From the NCBI GenBank assembly GCA_039621445.1, contig CP154954.1, positions 38,661,301 to 38,681,300 of the forward strand: DNA of 20,000 nucleotides, written 5' to 3'. A program made the translations under genes and the position numbers. Shown here one piece after another: positions 17,946-20,000 of this stretch (positions are counted from its first letter, which is position 1; each line of letters opens with the position of its first letter). A model generated the notes under the pieces. That model did not search any database. It worked only from the letters and a program-made list of their open reading frames with translations, and was not told where the DNA came from. The DNA comes from Euglena gracilis (taxonomy: Eukaryota).

Positions 17946-20000
17946 GGGTGGTTGGTTGGGTCACGGCCGAGCCCCCTCCGGGGGAGGGGGGGGTTGGGCT
18001 GAGTGGGTGCCCCTTGGTGGTGGGGTTTTGGTCTATTTTTTGGCAGGAAGCAGCGAAAGGATCTTTGGACGCCAAAAGTGGGTCCGGGCCCCTTCCACCC
18101 TCCAGGGTGGGTGGGTGGGTCCGGACCCCGGGGGGTCTTTTTGACAGACTCAGTCGATCGACTCAACATTGAGTCGATCGCTTGAAGGGTTGATGAGAGT
18201 TGATTGGCAGGGGGGGGGGTTCCATTGAGCCAGTCAACTCAACAATTTGCTGTACCCCAAACGGGTTAACCTTCCGAAGATCCTGCAGGGCTTGCTTATA
18301 CAATGGGGATCGGCGCCAGGGGTTAAAAAAAAACCATGCCCCAAATGCATGTTTCCCGCTGTGGTTTTGGTTTTCCCCAAATTTCCCAAAATTAAACATT
18401 AAATAATTTTGGAACATGACGTTCTTTGAAGGAACAAAGTCAGCTTTGGGTGGTATTTAGCATTGAAAAAGAAAATGGTTTCACTTGGTTAGGTCTTTTG
18501 CCATTCTTGCCACACCATGAACCCCCCTCCTTGGAGCCCTCGCCACACTGTGCGGCAGAGGTTTTTTTAGTGCCCAGGGTGGAGGGAGGGGGGGGTCTGG
18601 ACCCATCCACCCACCCTCTGGTCCCCCCTTGGGGGGCTCAGGGGTTCCACCGTTGGGGTCATTTTGGTAATTTTTTTCATCGCCAAAAAAATAGAGCTGA
18701 TTTGGCTGATTTCTGCTGTCCTTACACCATTTTAATGCAAATTCCTTCGTATTGTCCAGTCAGGGGTTGCTTATATTTGGGTTGTGTTTATATTTCGGTG
18801 GTGGCTGAAAATCGGCCAAAGGGTTGCTTGGTTTTTTTGAGGGGGGTTGCTTATATTGGGGGGGGGGGTGTTTCTTGGTGATAATATCTCTCTCCATCAG
18901 CTTTGACAGTTCAGGTGCGATGTCATCATCAAAAGCTCTTTTCGCTGATTTTTTTTGCACTTTCAACAAATTTCCCATTGCCAAAAAGGAAGACATTCAT
19001 CATTCTATTTTTAGTAAAAAAAATCGATGGCTAGCAATTTTAGTCCATCGCAATCTGAAATATTTGTTTAAAATGGAAGTTCTATTGCAGAATTTAAGGT
19101 TCGAAAGGGATCCACACAGCACAGAAAATGTACCAAGGTTTTCCAGGAATCGTCAAGAATTTGCAATTTTCCAAAAAAAATAAAAAAATGGATTGCAAAG
19201 TTTGACCTTTACCTGGCATTATGGATACAAATGACGAGGAAGCAACTGTTAAATTTGAGCATCCCAGTACACCGTCTGTGGAGGTCTTAGGACAGGGCAT
19301 CAAGTGGCTGGCTTTGTTCAGGGGTTGCCCCATATGTGGGGAGCCCTCAATCCTCCCCAGCCCTGAAACCCCCGAAATTACGGCTAACCATCGGCATTGG
19401 AGGCATTTGAATTGAGAGGCATTTGCAGTGGTCATCTACTGCATTTGCTGCATTTGCTGTGCTTCACAACAAATTTTTTTGCCCTTTTGCACATGGGGAG
19501 GGTTGTGTCACCCTCAGCTTCCATTTTCTCTCACAGGCCCACAGAATAATGGAGTGGAATACCATCCTTGGTCCTGGGGACACAGAGGAGGAGTCCCACA
19601 CAGGCCTTTTCTGTCGAAAGGGAAAAAGGAGGACTAGTTTGGCTGACAGGAGGACCAGTTTGGCATCTCAATTGTCAACTCAAGGTTGGGTGCAAAGGAA
19701 TGTCGAATGTTTAAAAACGGTCTCAAATTGTCTGTCTCAAATTGGGCAGTCACCTCAACGGCTTGAAAGAGACAGACGGGCACTTTGCAGCTCAGAAGTC
19801 GTTTGATCGGTTGTTTTTGGTTTGGGGCAAATGTGGGGGTGGAGCACCCGCTGGATGATTACGACGCAGATGGCAAGAAGAGGCCTCCATCCAAGAAATT
19901 CTGCGCCAAATAGCAGAGGGCCAGATACCGGTGTGTTGCAAGTGCATGATTTCATAAATGCATGGATGCTCGTGCATGATGCATTTGTGGTGTGTGTGTG

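Noticed and set aside
1-20000. Autonomous transposase, reverse transcriptase, rRNA or tRNA genes
   Set aside because: No recognisable motifs on either strand. All elements seen are short and non-coding.

Overview
Eukaryotic nuclear DNA, almost certainly from a photosynthetic euglenid (Euglena-like). The ORF track is mostly spurious because the real genes are split into short exons. The main feature is a 13-exon + strand gene (5571 to about 17292, ~441 aa). It encodes an aspartyl/asparaginyl beta-hydroxylase (ASPH)-family Fe(II)/2-oxoglutarate dioxygenase with a Euglena class I-like plastid presequence: signal peptide, transit region and second hydrophobic stop-transfer helix. Seven of its 12 introns are GT-AG. 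The other five are euglenid nonconventional introns, lacking GT-AG, whose ends base-pair in a +4/-6 register. The 3' end of an unidentified upstream gene lies at about 421-2233. Introns and intergenic DNA are full of short non-autonomous elements with CAG...CTG terminal inverted repeats (TIRs); three retain perfect 8-bp target-site duplications (TSDs), typical of hAT-type MITEs. The most interesting observation is that MITE geometry matches nonconventional intron geometry: 3 nt + CAG...CTG + 5 nt equals the element plus one 8-bp TSD. Two of the introns still show degenerate 8-bp TSDs, suggesting MITE-to-intron conversion. All gene models are by-eye inferences without transcript data.
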